The translations under genes and the position numbers were made by a program. The notes below the pieces were generated by a model that saw only the letters and a program-made list of their open reading frames with translations, ran no database searches and was not told where the DNA came from. A stretch of DNA of 63,136 bases, the filler included, from Octopus bimaculoides (taxonomy: Eukaryota): assembly GCF_001194135.2 (NCBI RefSeq). It is 7 parts of 6 records of this genome, joined end to end, with 100 filler letters (N's around TTAATTAATTAA, not from the genome) between each part and the next. Parts side by side here need not be neighbours in the genome. Positions count along the whole stretch, not along the records: positions 11,308 to 24,563 come from NC_068981.1; positions 24,664 to 41,012 come from NC_068994.1; 5 more parts are not named here. One strand, 5' to 3'. Each line of letters begins with the position of its first letter. Position 1 is the stretch's first letter. Below, one piece after another: positions 24,297 to 35,237 of this stretch.

Positions 24297-24563
24297 TTAT
24301 CATCATCATCATCATCATCGTTTAACGTCCGCTTTCCATGCTAGCATGGGTTGGACGATTTGACTGAGGACTGGTGCAACCGGATGGCTACACCAGGCTC
24401 CAATCTAATTTGGCAGAGTTTCTACAGCTGGATGCCCTTCCTAACGCCAACCACTCAGAGAGTGTAGTGGGTGCTTTTACGTGTCACCCGCACGAAAACG
24501 GCCACGCTCGAAATGGTGTCTTTTATGTGCCACCCGCACAAGAGCCAGTCCAGGGACACTGGC
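24297..24563 (-). mobile_element. RTE LINE 3' end (young copy, runs into a gap)
   Basis: Nearly identical to 18258-18520. Confidence 0.9.
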
Positions 24564-24663
24564 NNNNNNNNNNNNNNNNNNNNNNNNNNNNNNNNNNNNN
24601 NNNNNNNTTAATTAATTAANNNNNNNNNNNNNNNNNNNNNNNNNNNNNNNNNNNNNNNNNNNN

Positions 24664-24972
24664 AAGTGTCTTCTACTATAGCCTCGGGCTGACCAAAGCC
24701 TTGTGAGTGGATTTGGTAGACGGAAACTGAAAGAAGCCCGTCGTATATATGTATATATATATGTGTGTGTTTGTGTCTGTGTTTGTCCCCCCCCCAACAT
24801 CGCTTGACAACCGATGCTGGTGTGTTTACGTCCCTGTAACTTAGCGGTTTGGCAAAAGGGACCGATAGAATAAGTACTAGGCTTACAAAGAATAAGTCTT
24901 GGGGTTGATTTGCTCGACTAAAGGCGGTGCTCCAGCATGGCCGCAGTCAAATGACTGAAACAGGTAAAAGAG
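24664..24972 (+). mobile_element. Long tRNA-derived SINE, 3' part
   Basis: Nearly identical to 56985-57290. Confidence 0.85.
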
Positions 24973-25416
24973 TATACTGGGAGAGATATACTGCTTGGAG
25001 TTTATGGTAAGCTTGCTGATATAGCAACACATGGCTGACCCAACATAAGTGGAAACAATAGTGCTACATTCATGGTAACGGAGATTCTTGTCTTCTATGT
25101 CATCTGTCTAAATTGTCTTTCTGGGTTGTCTGGTGGTAGAAAGAATGGTGACATATCGTGCAGCTGTTTCAACATTCTACAATTACTGCCAAAAAACAGC
25201 CTTTTAATGGGGTACAAAAAGATTCTAGAAGGCTGAATCATATGGTGGCTTGGCTGATTGGTTGCTTAATAGACTGATCAAGTGATACTATTGTGGTTCG
25301 GTTGTCATGCACAGCCGGCTACCTGGCGGTTCGGTTTCAAATCCCTGCTACACTAGCAATGAATAATGAAACTTATTTCTGTCCACTTTAGTCGGATCAA
25401 TATTTATTATCCCCAA

Positions 25417-25605
25417 GGCGGTGAGCTGGCAGAAATGTTAGTACACTGGGCGAAATGCTTAGCAGTATTTTATCTGTCTTTACATTCTGAGTTCAAATTC
25501 CGCCAAGGTCGACTTTGCCTTTCACCCAGTTGCGTACTGAGGTTGATCTAATCAACTGGCACCCTCACCCAAAATTTCGGGCCTTGTGCTTAGAGTAGAA
25601 AAGAA
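25417..25605 (+). mobile_element. Short tRNA-derived SINE
   Basis: A-box-like gagctggcagaaatgttag, B-box gagttcaaattcc, central gaggtcgactttgccttt domain. Confidence 0.85.
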
Positions 25606-25959
25606 TATTTATGCTGGCTATTGCTGAGCGCAAATTCTATTAACAATGGATTTCTTTCCCCTTCTCTCTACTTCTCCTTCATTTGATAGAATCACTATCT
25701 GTGTGACCATTTGAGGCTCTTGATTTTGCATTGATGTTTTTTCTTTCTTTCTCTCTCTCTCTCTTCTATAAAATATATTCCTTTTCACTGAATTATTGCA
25801 AATTGTAACAATTATTTTGTACTCCCAACACTGTAGAAAGCCTGTCAGATGCTGCAGATATTTTATTTTTGCTAATAAGCATACCATCTCACTGTCCAAG
25901 TTCAAAATCATTCTGTGATCGATTTTTACCTCTGATCACATTAGACTCAATGAAATAAA

Positions 25960-26125
25960 ATGCCAACAGAAGTAATTTAAACAATAAAAAATTGATATTT
26001 GTCCAAGAACACTTTCCAACTGGATTCCCATGTGTGACCTGCTGAGATTATAGACATTATCCAACCATCTCATTCTTGCTCTACCCCTAGGTCTCCTGTC
26101 AATTGACTCAGCTTGAAAAATCTGT
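25960..26125 (-). mobile_element. Degenerate RTE-like LINE C-terminal fragment
   Basis: RRPRGRARMRWLDNV motif. Confidence 0.5.
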
Positions 26126-26637
26126 AGCAAGACTTGAAACTGAGTCATCAATTTGCAAAGTTTAACTCATGACATAGCATAACTTTGTTTATATGTGAAG
26201 CCGAGTTATTGGCCAATCAGCAGTCAGATTTCACATGTTAGATCCTTCTGGAATGTTCTGGTACAAAAGTTATATAAAGGCTTGTATTTAGCACCAACTT
26301 TCAGTGTGTGACAACCCACAGACCAACCCCACACACTTTCTTGCTATTATAATAATTGTTTTTACAACCCCTGCTCAACCTGGATATGTCATTATAGTTG
26401 ACCGATATGAATTTAATTTGTATATCTTTTACCTGTCTTGGTAAGCTTCAGTACAAAGCTTTTGTATTCAACTATTGATGAATGTTGCAGAGTTATTCTT
26501 TCAATTGTATTGACTTGATGTAGAAATTATGTAATTTATGACCACCTGAACATTACTTGTGCAGTGAAATTAAATTTACTATTTAATATACAAAGAAAGT
26601 AAACAAAGTTTGTTATAGAAGCATTGAGATGTATTGA

Positions 26638-26790
26638 AAGATAGAGAAATGAATTTTTTTATTCTCAAATGCGTGATAATGCTAATAAATAAAAACGTAT
26701 TTTTCTGCAATGTATGGATATTTTATCCTGATCACACTATTTATTAGCATTATCACATGTTTGAGAATAAAAAAATTATTTCTCTATCTT
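26638..26790. repeat. Small inverted-repeat element (arms about 52 bp)
   Basis: gatagagaaat.aatttttttattctcaaa..tgtgataatgctaataaata and its reverse complement. Confidence 0.75.
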
Positions 26791-27152
26791 ACTATTTAAT
26801 GTTTGCATGATGTTGTTTCATCATTCACACACAGCCTCACATGCATACCATTAAATGCAACAAATTTATCTTGTGATTTTATCCTGTGACTTTCTAATTA
26901 CACATCCATAGGCCAGGAGCTAAGACCTCTCAATGCAGAGAAATTGCAGCGCCATCTGGAGAGACTCCCTGATCTCTGAGCTATGCTCTGTCACGTAATA
27001 CTACTCAAGAGATTCTTTGGAAGAAACCCCATTTCAACTACTTGTATTCGTGGTCATACTCTTTTGACCATTACTTAATATTCCTCCATACTCTCAGTTG
27101 TTTATGCTTGAAAATCCAGCCAGAAAGTGTAATGATGGTTTTTTTCTGATAG

Positions 27153-27320
27153 GACCCTATGGAAGAGGTGCCTGAGGACTCTATGCCCATGACCTTCCCA
27201 GGAATAATGAGCGGAGAAGATGGATATTTGTCAGATAAGCAGAGCAATTGCTTTGATAGAAACTGCAAAGCACAAGTTCAATATCTTGCTGGCTATTGTT
27301 TTACTTTGACCACAAAGTGA
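27153..27320 (+). CDS. Candidate terminal exon A of the plus-strand gene
   Basis: tttttttctgatag|. Open only in phase 0 for 55 codons: DPMEEVPEDSMPMTFPGIMSGEDGYLSDKQSNCFDRNCKAQVQYLAGYCFTLTTK*. Confidence 0.4.
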   Translation, partial: DPMEEVPEDSMPMTFPGIMSGEDGYLSDKQSNCFDRNCKAQVQYLAGYCFTLTTK

Positions 27321-27423
27321 AACAGGAGTGAGCTGGAAAATTAAAGCAACAATTAGCTCAATGTATAATTATGCAATATCTATGCAATGATTATCTCTAT
27401 GATGATATAGCCCAGATGATTTA

Positions 27424-27755
27424 CAAGGGGACACCCAAAAGTAACCAGAAACATTTTCGGTGGGACAAGCTTGTTGTACTTTGGGCTTCTGCTGCTAGAA
27501 GCCACTTGATGCAACCCTCAGGCATCAGTCTACCAACTGGTGTCATCAAGTGAAGTTGTACAGCTATGTGGTGTGTCTTCCTTCTGCAATGCTTCCCCAC
27601 TATTCGTTGATTTTTGTGGTGGCTGAAACAGAGGAACAGCATGCTTCTGTGAAATTGCTTTCTGCTAGGGAAAACAGTGACTGAAACAGTTGTCATGCTT
27701 CAGACAGCTTAGAAGTATGCTGCCATGAGCAAAACACAAGTTGACAAGTTTACAA
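27424..27755 (+). mobile_element. 5' fragment of a mariner
   Basis: TA|CAAGGGGACACCCAAAAGT terminus and decayed EQ..SVK..F.LGKTVTETVVMLQTA..AAMSKTQV HTH region. Confidence 0.6.
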
Positions 27756-27797
27756 GAAAATTCTCTAACCAGTTGAATTATTTCAAACTTTAACTAG

Positions 27798-27936
27798 ATT
27801 TTCTTCAAATTTTCGACACTGACGTAGATGGTAATGCTGAAACAGCCAATGGTGACACACCAGAAGTCACAATTGTATTTAATGAAATACATTTAAAGTC
27901 AACGCACACACGCATGCACACACACAAATCCCCTTG
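27798..27936 (+). CDS. Candidate terminal exon B of the plus-strand gene
   Basis: ttaactag|. The phase-1 start is in frame with the 23764 donor: (D)FLQIFDTDVDGNAETANGDTPEVTIVFNEIHLK...*. The 3' end is approximate. Confidence 0.4.
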
Positions 27937-28940
27937 ACTTTTTCTGTCATCAGTCCTGGAACTCAGTTTCCATACTGTCTAAGTGAATGAGATCACATTT
28001 CTCCAGAACAGGATGGATTATTTATTTACAGCTGAGTAAATTGAAGCAATGTGAAATGAAGTTTTTTTTTTTGTTCAAGAACATTATGCGTTGCCCAGTT
28101 CAGAAATTGAAACCATGATCTTGTGAATGCAACACCCTAACCACAAGGCCACATGCCTTCATACACACACACACAAATAAAAACAGACTATTTCAGTGCC
28201 TTTTTTTTGTTAAAATGCCATTTGTGGAATGTTGTGGCATTTACACATATACAGATGAAAAATAAAATACATAAGGAACAAATGAAAATATATATGTACA
28301 AGTACAAAACCATATACAGGTCTCTACACAAAATTTGAAATTAAAAAAAAAATATTTTCCAGATTTGAAATCTCCTTTTTTTCTCATGTGAATTAAAAAA
28401 AAAAATTCGAAAAAAGGTGAAAAGTAAAGAAAATGGAGGTGTGAAGGGATGAAATTAAAATTTTGAAAATGTGTTTTTTTTTTCAAAATTGTAATCTCTG
28501 ATATCAAAAACATAGGAGTTTAAAGAAATTTTTGACAAAAAAAAAGGCAAAAAAAAGCAGGTGGGGTATGAGTGCTCACACCCATCCTCTGCTCAAACAA
28601 ATAATGCCACTTGTATGATGGTGACACCTATTTGCAACCATCACACATTGTCAAGACTTACACACATGACAGGCTCCTTTTAGTTTCCAATTATCAAAGC
28701 CACTCCCAAGACTTTTGTTGGCCTGGAGCTATAGTAGAAGACACTTGACCAAGGTGTTATGTCATAAGAGAGAACCTGAAGGTATGTGGTCAGGAAGTAC
28801 TCTTCATGAAAGAAAAAGACAGATTTAAAAAAATTAAATCCTTTGTTTTATTTTCGTCAACGTCATTAAACATTTCTTGATGGAAACATTTTTTTTTCCA
28901 AAGAGTCAACAGCAATATTTTTTCTAGTTTTTATTTTTGA

Positions 28941-29148
28941 CCCTTTAGCATTTAACCTGGACATATTCAGCCAAAATATCCAATCTGTTTTATGTTAAAA
29001 CCAGCTAGATCTTAGCTTCTTGTACCTACACAACAATGTCATTCTAAAAATAAACAATTGCATTATTGAAATCTCAAAGCATAATTAATTCAAAATAATG
29101 TGAATAAATCAACTTGACATGTATTAGAGTAATCTGAATGCCAAACAG
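28941..29148. mobile_element. piggyBac-type MITE (degenerate)
   Basis: ttga|CCCTTTAGCATT ... GAATGCCAAACAG|TTAA. Confidence 0.6.
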
Positions 29149-29321
29149 TTAAATATAACATGTTTCATATGGTTCAGTTTACTTGTAGATGTTGTCCTAG
29201 ACTAGAATGCTGTATAAATCTCTTTAAGGAATTTCAAAATGATTCTTGTTGCCTACTTTAGTCAAATGGAAAGTTCTAAGTCATACAGTTTAATAAAGAA
29301 TACTTCTTGAGTTAAGGTTTA

Positions 29322-29438
29322 TCATTTTGATTTCTCGTCACTATTTGTGAGATGGTTGTCTCCTTGAGCTTTTGCAGGATATGAACGAGCACCAAAAATG
29401 AGACTACCCACACGAACATTACTGCTTCCTGATTCAAT
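29322..29438 (-). CDS. PLPBP: PLP homeostasis protein, last coding exon
   Basis: ttttacag|IESGSSNVRVGSLIFGARSYPAKAQGDNHLTNSDEKSK* (YggS/PROSC motif GS..VR.G..IFG.R). Confidence 0.93.
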   Translation of the reverse strand: MESGSSNVRVGSLIFGARSYPAKAQGDNHLTNSDEKSK

Positions 29439-29468
29439 CTGTAAAATAAGAAAATGGTTATATTACTA

Positions 29469-30006
29469 ACTAGCAAACACACCCATCCTTCGGCCTATTT
29501 AACATATAAATAAATAATAAATCAAAAAAATATGTAAGCAACTAAAAAATATTCTATAATGCAAATACAGGACCATATAGATTAAAAAAGTATGGAAAAT
29601 AGTTGAAATATATAAACAAAATCCTTTCACTTTTATAATATTCTCTAACCAAAACCCTAAAACAATATACACCAATACACATATAAAAAAATATAGAAAT
29701 TAATAATACAAAATTACAATATATAAATAAATAATAAATCAAAAAATGTGAAAACCACTAAAAAATATTCTCTAAAGCCAATATACAACCATATAGATTA
29801 AAATAGTATGGAAGACCCTACATGCTAAAAGACTATATATATACAATGAATTAGAGAAAACCTGTGTAAACCACTGTTTTTCCAGGTTTTTCCATTTACA
29901 CAGGAGCTCTGGGTAAAATGTTGCAGTGCATGACCATCCTTGGCACATAAGTGTGTAAAGTTTGGTGAAAATCGGTTGAGAATTGTGGAAATGTATGCAT
30001 TAGTCA

Positions 30007-30060
<54 letters not shown>

Positions 30061-30079
30061 TGATTTATATATACTAGAT
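29469..30079 (+). mobile_element. Non-autonomous Helitron (Lep1/HINE-like) with an internal ~210-bp duplication
   Basis: Starts actagc..cccatccttcggc; contains aagtttggtgaaaatcggttgag and (CA)n; ends atttatatatactagat. Confidence 0.6.
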
Positions 30080-30619
30080 AATAAATGTGAAATTCTCTCT
30101 ATCTGGGACCTCTCAGTCTACATTTGCTCAACATAGACATTTTGGAATCAGGATGATCCCGGGATTGAAAACCTGCCCTTCATTTAGTTCTTGAACATCT
30201 AGCATTGGGATTTGATTTAAAAGCATTTGGGTTGCTATTTCTAGCAGGTAAAGCTTGACTGATTCCTGCCATCTTGGTTGGTGTTTGTCGGATGACGTCA
30301 GAGATCAACGGGGAGCTAAATGACATTCACTTCGTTAATTTTACATCGCAATAAGAACTTTGAGACAAATTCACCAACAGTTGGGATTCAAACTGGGACA
30401 GAACAATAGAATGATTACATTACAGAATTAATGCTCATCTGTCCTTTAACCTCTGATCAAACACCACCGGCGCATACAGTCATTATAGATGTATTATAGT
30501 GATGCTATTTTGCTCTCCTTAGCAGGTCCAATTAGCACTCCACAGGAGATAGCTTAAAAGTTTGCATGGAAGGCAGCTTTTAAGCTAGTTATTAATAAAC
30601 TTTGAGTTATTACACAGAG

Positions 30620-30832
30620 AAAGAGGGGGAAGAGAGGGAGGGGAGAGGTATGTATGTGTGAGAGAGAGGGAGGGGAGAGGTATGTATGTGTGAGAGAGAG
30701 GGAGGGGAGAGGTATGTATGTGTGAGAGAGAGGGAGGGGAGAGGTATGTATGTGTGAGAGAGAGGGAGGGGAGAGGTATGTATGTGTGAGAGAGAGGGAG
30801 GGGAGAGGTATGTATGTGTGAGAGAGAGGGAA
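30620..30832. repeat. 32-bp minisatellite, about 6 copies
   Basis: (gagagagggaggggagaggtatgtatgtgtga)n. Confidence 0.9.
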
Positions 30833-30936
30833 AGAGAGTGACTGTATTAATCTTTGTAAAAATGTATGATTGTGTAAGTATATATATGTGAGTATGTAAG
30901 CTTGCGTCTGAGTGTATATGTATGTCCGTGTGATTC

Positions 30937-31390
30937 ATCATCATCATCATTGTTTAACGTCCGCTTTCCATGCTAGCACGGGTTGGACGATTTGACTGAG
31001 GACTGGTGAACAAGATGGCTACACCAGGCTCCAATCTGATTTGGCAGAGTTTCTACAGCTGGATGCCCTTCCTAATGCCAACCACTCCGAGAGTGTAGTG
31101 GGTGCTTTTATGTGCCACTGGCACGAAGGCCAGTTAGGAGGTACTGGCAACGGCCATGCTCAAAATGGTGTATTTTACGTGCCACCTGCACAGAAGCCAG
31201 TCCAGCGGCACTGGCAACAATCTCGCTCGAATGTCTTACATGTGCCACTGGCAGAAGTGCCAGGAAGGCGACGCTGGGCACAGGTGCCATCACGATTTCG
31301 CTTTCGCTTGCCCCAACAGGTCTTTGGAAGCCGAGTTTCATGTCCAATGAAGGAGACGACGTTGGCATGGGTGCCAGTTGTCGAATTTAA
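30937..31390 (-). mobile_element. RTE LINE 3' UTR copy
   Basis: Same family as 18258-18629. Confidence 0.85.
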
Positions 31391-32479
31391 TTCGGGAGTG
31401 ACTGCTTACATAAATATATATATATATTTCCATGCATGTATGAACGAGCGAGTGAGTGAGTGAGTGAGTGAGTGAGTGAGTGAGTGAGTGAGTGAGTGAG
31501 TGAGTGTATTTAAAACATTACTGAAAGTTAACAGAGAAGTTGGCTCATTAGTTTGAGCCAATGCTTACAAGCTTTGGTATCAGCATCATTATCATCATTT
31601 AATGTATGCTTTCCATGCTGGCATGGGTTGGATNNNNNNNNNNNNNNNNNNNNNNNNNNNNNNNNNNNNNNNNNNNNNNNNNNNNNNNNNNNNNNNNNNN
31701 NNNNNNNNNNNNNNNNNNNNNNNNNNNNNNNNNNNNNNNNNNNNNNNNNNNNNNNNNNNNNNNNNNNNNNNNNNNNNNNNNNNNNNNNNNNNNNNNNNNN
31801 NNNNNNNNNNNNNNNNNNNNNNNNNNNNNNNNNNNNNNNNNNNNNNNNNNNNNNNNNNNNNNNNNNNNNNNNNNNNNNNNNNNNNNNNNNNNNNNNNNNN
31901 NNNNNNNNNNNNNNNNNNNNNNNNNNNNNNNNNNNNNNNNNNNNNNNNNNNNNNNNNNNNNNNNNNNNNNNNNNNNNNNNNNNNNNNNNNNNNNNNNNNN
32001 NNNNNNNNNNNNNNNNNNNNNNNNNNNNNNNNNNNNNNNNNNNNNNNNNNNNNNNNNNNNNNNNNNNNNNNNNNNNNNNNNNNNNNNNNNNNNNNNNNNN
32101 NNNNNNNNNNNNNNNNNNNNNNNNNNNNNNNNNNNNNNNNNNNNNNNNNNNNNNNNNNNNNNNNNNNNNNNNNNNNNNNNNNNNNNNNNNNNNNNNNNNN
32201 NNNNNNNNNNNNNNNNNNNNNNNNNNNNNNNNNNNNNNNNNNNNNNNNNNNNNNNNNNNNNNNNNNNNNNNNNNNNNNNNNNNNNNNNNNNNNNNNNNNN
32301 NNNNNNNNNNNNNNNNNNNNNNNNNNNNNNNNNNNNNNNNNNNNNNNNNNNNNNNNNNNNNNNNNGAGAGGGAGAGAGAGAAGTATGTGTGTTTAAAACA
32401 TTACTGAAAGCTAACAGAGAAGTTGGTTCATTAGTCTGAGCCAATGTTTACAAGCTTTGAGATCAGCATCATTATATCA

Positions 32480-32510
<31 letters not shown>

Positions 32511-33059
32511 GCTGATGTACCCAGTAATTCCAGGAAAAGCAGGGCTTATCCCTTGGTTCCATTCTCATAATTATTTCACTAATCCAATAACAACAATGCG
32601 AAGTATGTAGCCCTTGAAACGGTTTTTGTGCATTTACAGAGAATACCAAACTGTCTTACACAGGATCTTGTCTTAAGGAAATCCTAATAACTTATGACTA
32701 CCCAAATCATGAAGTCAGTTACGTAATAACATGAAATTAGTTACCCGATAGTAAGAACTCAAATAAAGTAGCCCCGAAAAGGGCTTTAATGCATTCCCAG
32801 AGAATATAAAACTTAGGAGGAAATACCAAAATTGTGAAGCATGTTACGTAATAACAAGCTAATCGGATATGAGATAGTAAGCAATTCAAAGTAAATAACT
32901 CTTAAAAGGGCTTTTGTGTGTTCCCAGAGAATATAATGCTTAGGCACGTTAGAGTTGAAATAGAATTACAATGACTGTAGAAACAGACTGTCATTTAGTT
33001 TTACAGTAGACATACAAATAAATTTGCATATAGATTTAAAAATAAAATAACATGTAGAT

Positions 33060-34046
33060 TATCAATACATTTACAACACTTATAAATTTTACAGTTAAAT
33101 AATAAATATTTGATGATTTGGTGAATCTTATTAAGTTTGCAGAGCTTCTTGATAAACAACATTTTTGGCATTTTTTTGTGGAACATAAATAAACAAATGA
33201 TTAGGATTGCTGACTCTTGAGCATCCCAACAAAGTTGGCCATGGGAAAAAACTGGTTCTGAAAGGTCCAAACCTACCACATTCAAGGACTGCCCCTGGGC
33301 CTTGTTAATGCTCATTGCAAAGCTCAGTTTCAACGGGAATTGCAGATGCTTGTACTGGAAAGGCATATCCGAGGGAANNNNNNNNNNTTGCAGATGCTTG
33401 TACTGGAAAGGCATATCCGAGGGAATAAGTGGAATTCTAGGAATGAATACAGGCTCATCGCTCACTTTATCAATCAAAATTGTTGTCTCCAAGACTGTTA
33501 GCATCATCTTCTTTATTATAAGTTGTGTGCCATGGCAAAGCTTTGGTGGATCAAGGTTTCTTTGAAGGTCTGATAGTGTGCAGAAGTAGATGCAGAAAGA
33601 AGCACTCCTGCTGATTAGAGTGCACAGTGTACACACACCTGATGGCCCCACTTCTGAAGCCAGCATGTTCTTCCCAGCCCTCAACGTGTGCTCCTTGCTT
33701 GTGTCTGTTCCATCTATTGTGTACCCAGGTATAGTATACGGGAACCTCAAGATACAACAGTATTTGGGTAAACAGATCACATTGGCATTAATTTGAAGAA
33801 AGCTGCCAAAGTGGTTTCTGGTGGATTCAGAACTACGTTTCAAGCATTGTCTTCTGTGAAATATATATGCTGGCCATTTTCAAGATGTACAGATAGATTC
33901 ACCACTGTTGGATACTGCTCATGGATTTCAAAGCCCTCATTAGAGGAAATATACCTGCCCAACTTATATTGCTGAATTTCATCTGCCTGCCTGCCCTTCT
34001 GTTCAAGTCCCAAAACTGCCATATCTGAGCCCTTATTTACATACAT
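33060..34046 (-). mobile_element. Internally deleted Helitron Rep/PIF1 helicase remnant
   Basis: DEIQQYKLGRYISSNE, VHLENGQHIYF, EVPVYYTW, YTVHSNQQECFFLHLLLH, then jumps to RNLDPPKLCHG, PRIPLIP, FPLKLSFAMSINKAQGQSL, VFSHGQL. Confidence 0.9.
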
Positions 34047-34710
34047 ATTTAATACTTTTTATGGAGTTGCAGGACTCATCATTAACACAGGCCTGCAATG
34101 TTTTAGGGCACAATCCACCTGTAGTCAATTTCCATCCCTTAACCATTAACTTTGATCTTCATAGTGTTTAGGAGGATCAAAAGAAAATGAATGGGTTATT
34201 TCCTTTGGCTGTTAAAGTAATATATATTGGTTATATATGTGGGCCCCTTCTAGGAGCCCTAGCCATCCAATTATAGATTTTTTATTAAACTTCAATGAGC
34301 CTAGTAACAAACTGGATGTTACTTTAACATGTATGCAAAGTTTCACGTAAATTCGTTAATGGGTGTACATGAAAAATTGACACAGACATCCAAACAGACA
34401 ACTTGCATTTACATATGTATAGATTATACATATATAGATAGATACACACATTACAGAAAGACATGCTGCAAAGCATTTTGTGTGACTCACAAATGATTCC
34501 ACCAGCTTAATGCCTTCTCTACCAGCTTTTCTCAACACATTTTCTACCAGCTTTTCTCAATGCCGTTTCTACCAGCTTGCCTGGTTAGCATAAATAAAAT
34601 TCAATATCATCCCCCATGGTGCAACTGAATCTGGAAGAAAATAGGAGATACTAACAAAAGACTAAAATGAAGAATATAACAAACATTCTATTCAGTAGGT
34701 CAATGCATAC

Positions 34711-34853
34711 CTGGAAATCTGGGTTTGGGCCTTTACTGAGATCATGATTGAATGAACCAATTGTCATCAAGCCACAGAACTTCAAGTTGGGACACTGGTT
34801 AATGACAAATTCCACAATGTCTTTAACCTCATTTGGATGACAACCACTTTTAC
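34711..34853 (-). CDS. PLPBP: PLP homeostasis protein, internal exon (human exon 6 equivalent)
   Basis: ctttcag|..[47 protein letters not shown]|gtatgc. 143 nt, phase 1 to phase 0. Confidence 0.95.
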
Positions 34854-34977
34854 CTGAAAGCATTAACATTGAAAAATGCTGAAGATATTTTAGCATTGGT
34901 GTAAAAAGAAGTAATACTCTCTTGTAATACCTTGGGAGGGTCGTTATGTCAACACTTTCACTGAATCAGTTTCACTC

Positions 34978-35237
34978 CTTTATTATTCGTTAATTGGTAA
35001 AACTATTTGACTGACTAACTAATTGATTGATTGTTTGATTAATCATTGGGTTAATCAATCAATCAGTTATGTTCGAAGTCCAGTTTCAAGCTAACCTGGA
35101 GCTGAGAGGATATGTCATTGAAGTAGTTGCAAATGGTAACGAAATGACTTTGACAAACATAATTGATTAACCAAATGATTAATCAAACAATCAATTAGTT
35201 AGTTGGTTAAATAGTTAATCAATTAACAAGTAATAAA
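34978..35237. repeat. AT-rich inverted repeat (arms about 90 bp) in a PLPBP intron
   Basis: ctttatta.t.gttaattg...aactaattgattg.tttgattaatcatt.ggttaatcaat and its reverse complement. Confidence 0.75.

Noticed and set aside
33340-33425. Duplicated PSDMPFQYKHLQ in the Helitron ORF
   Set aside because: Exact duplication across a 10-N gap: assembly artefact.
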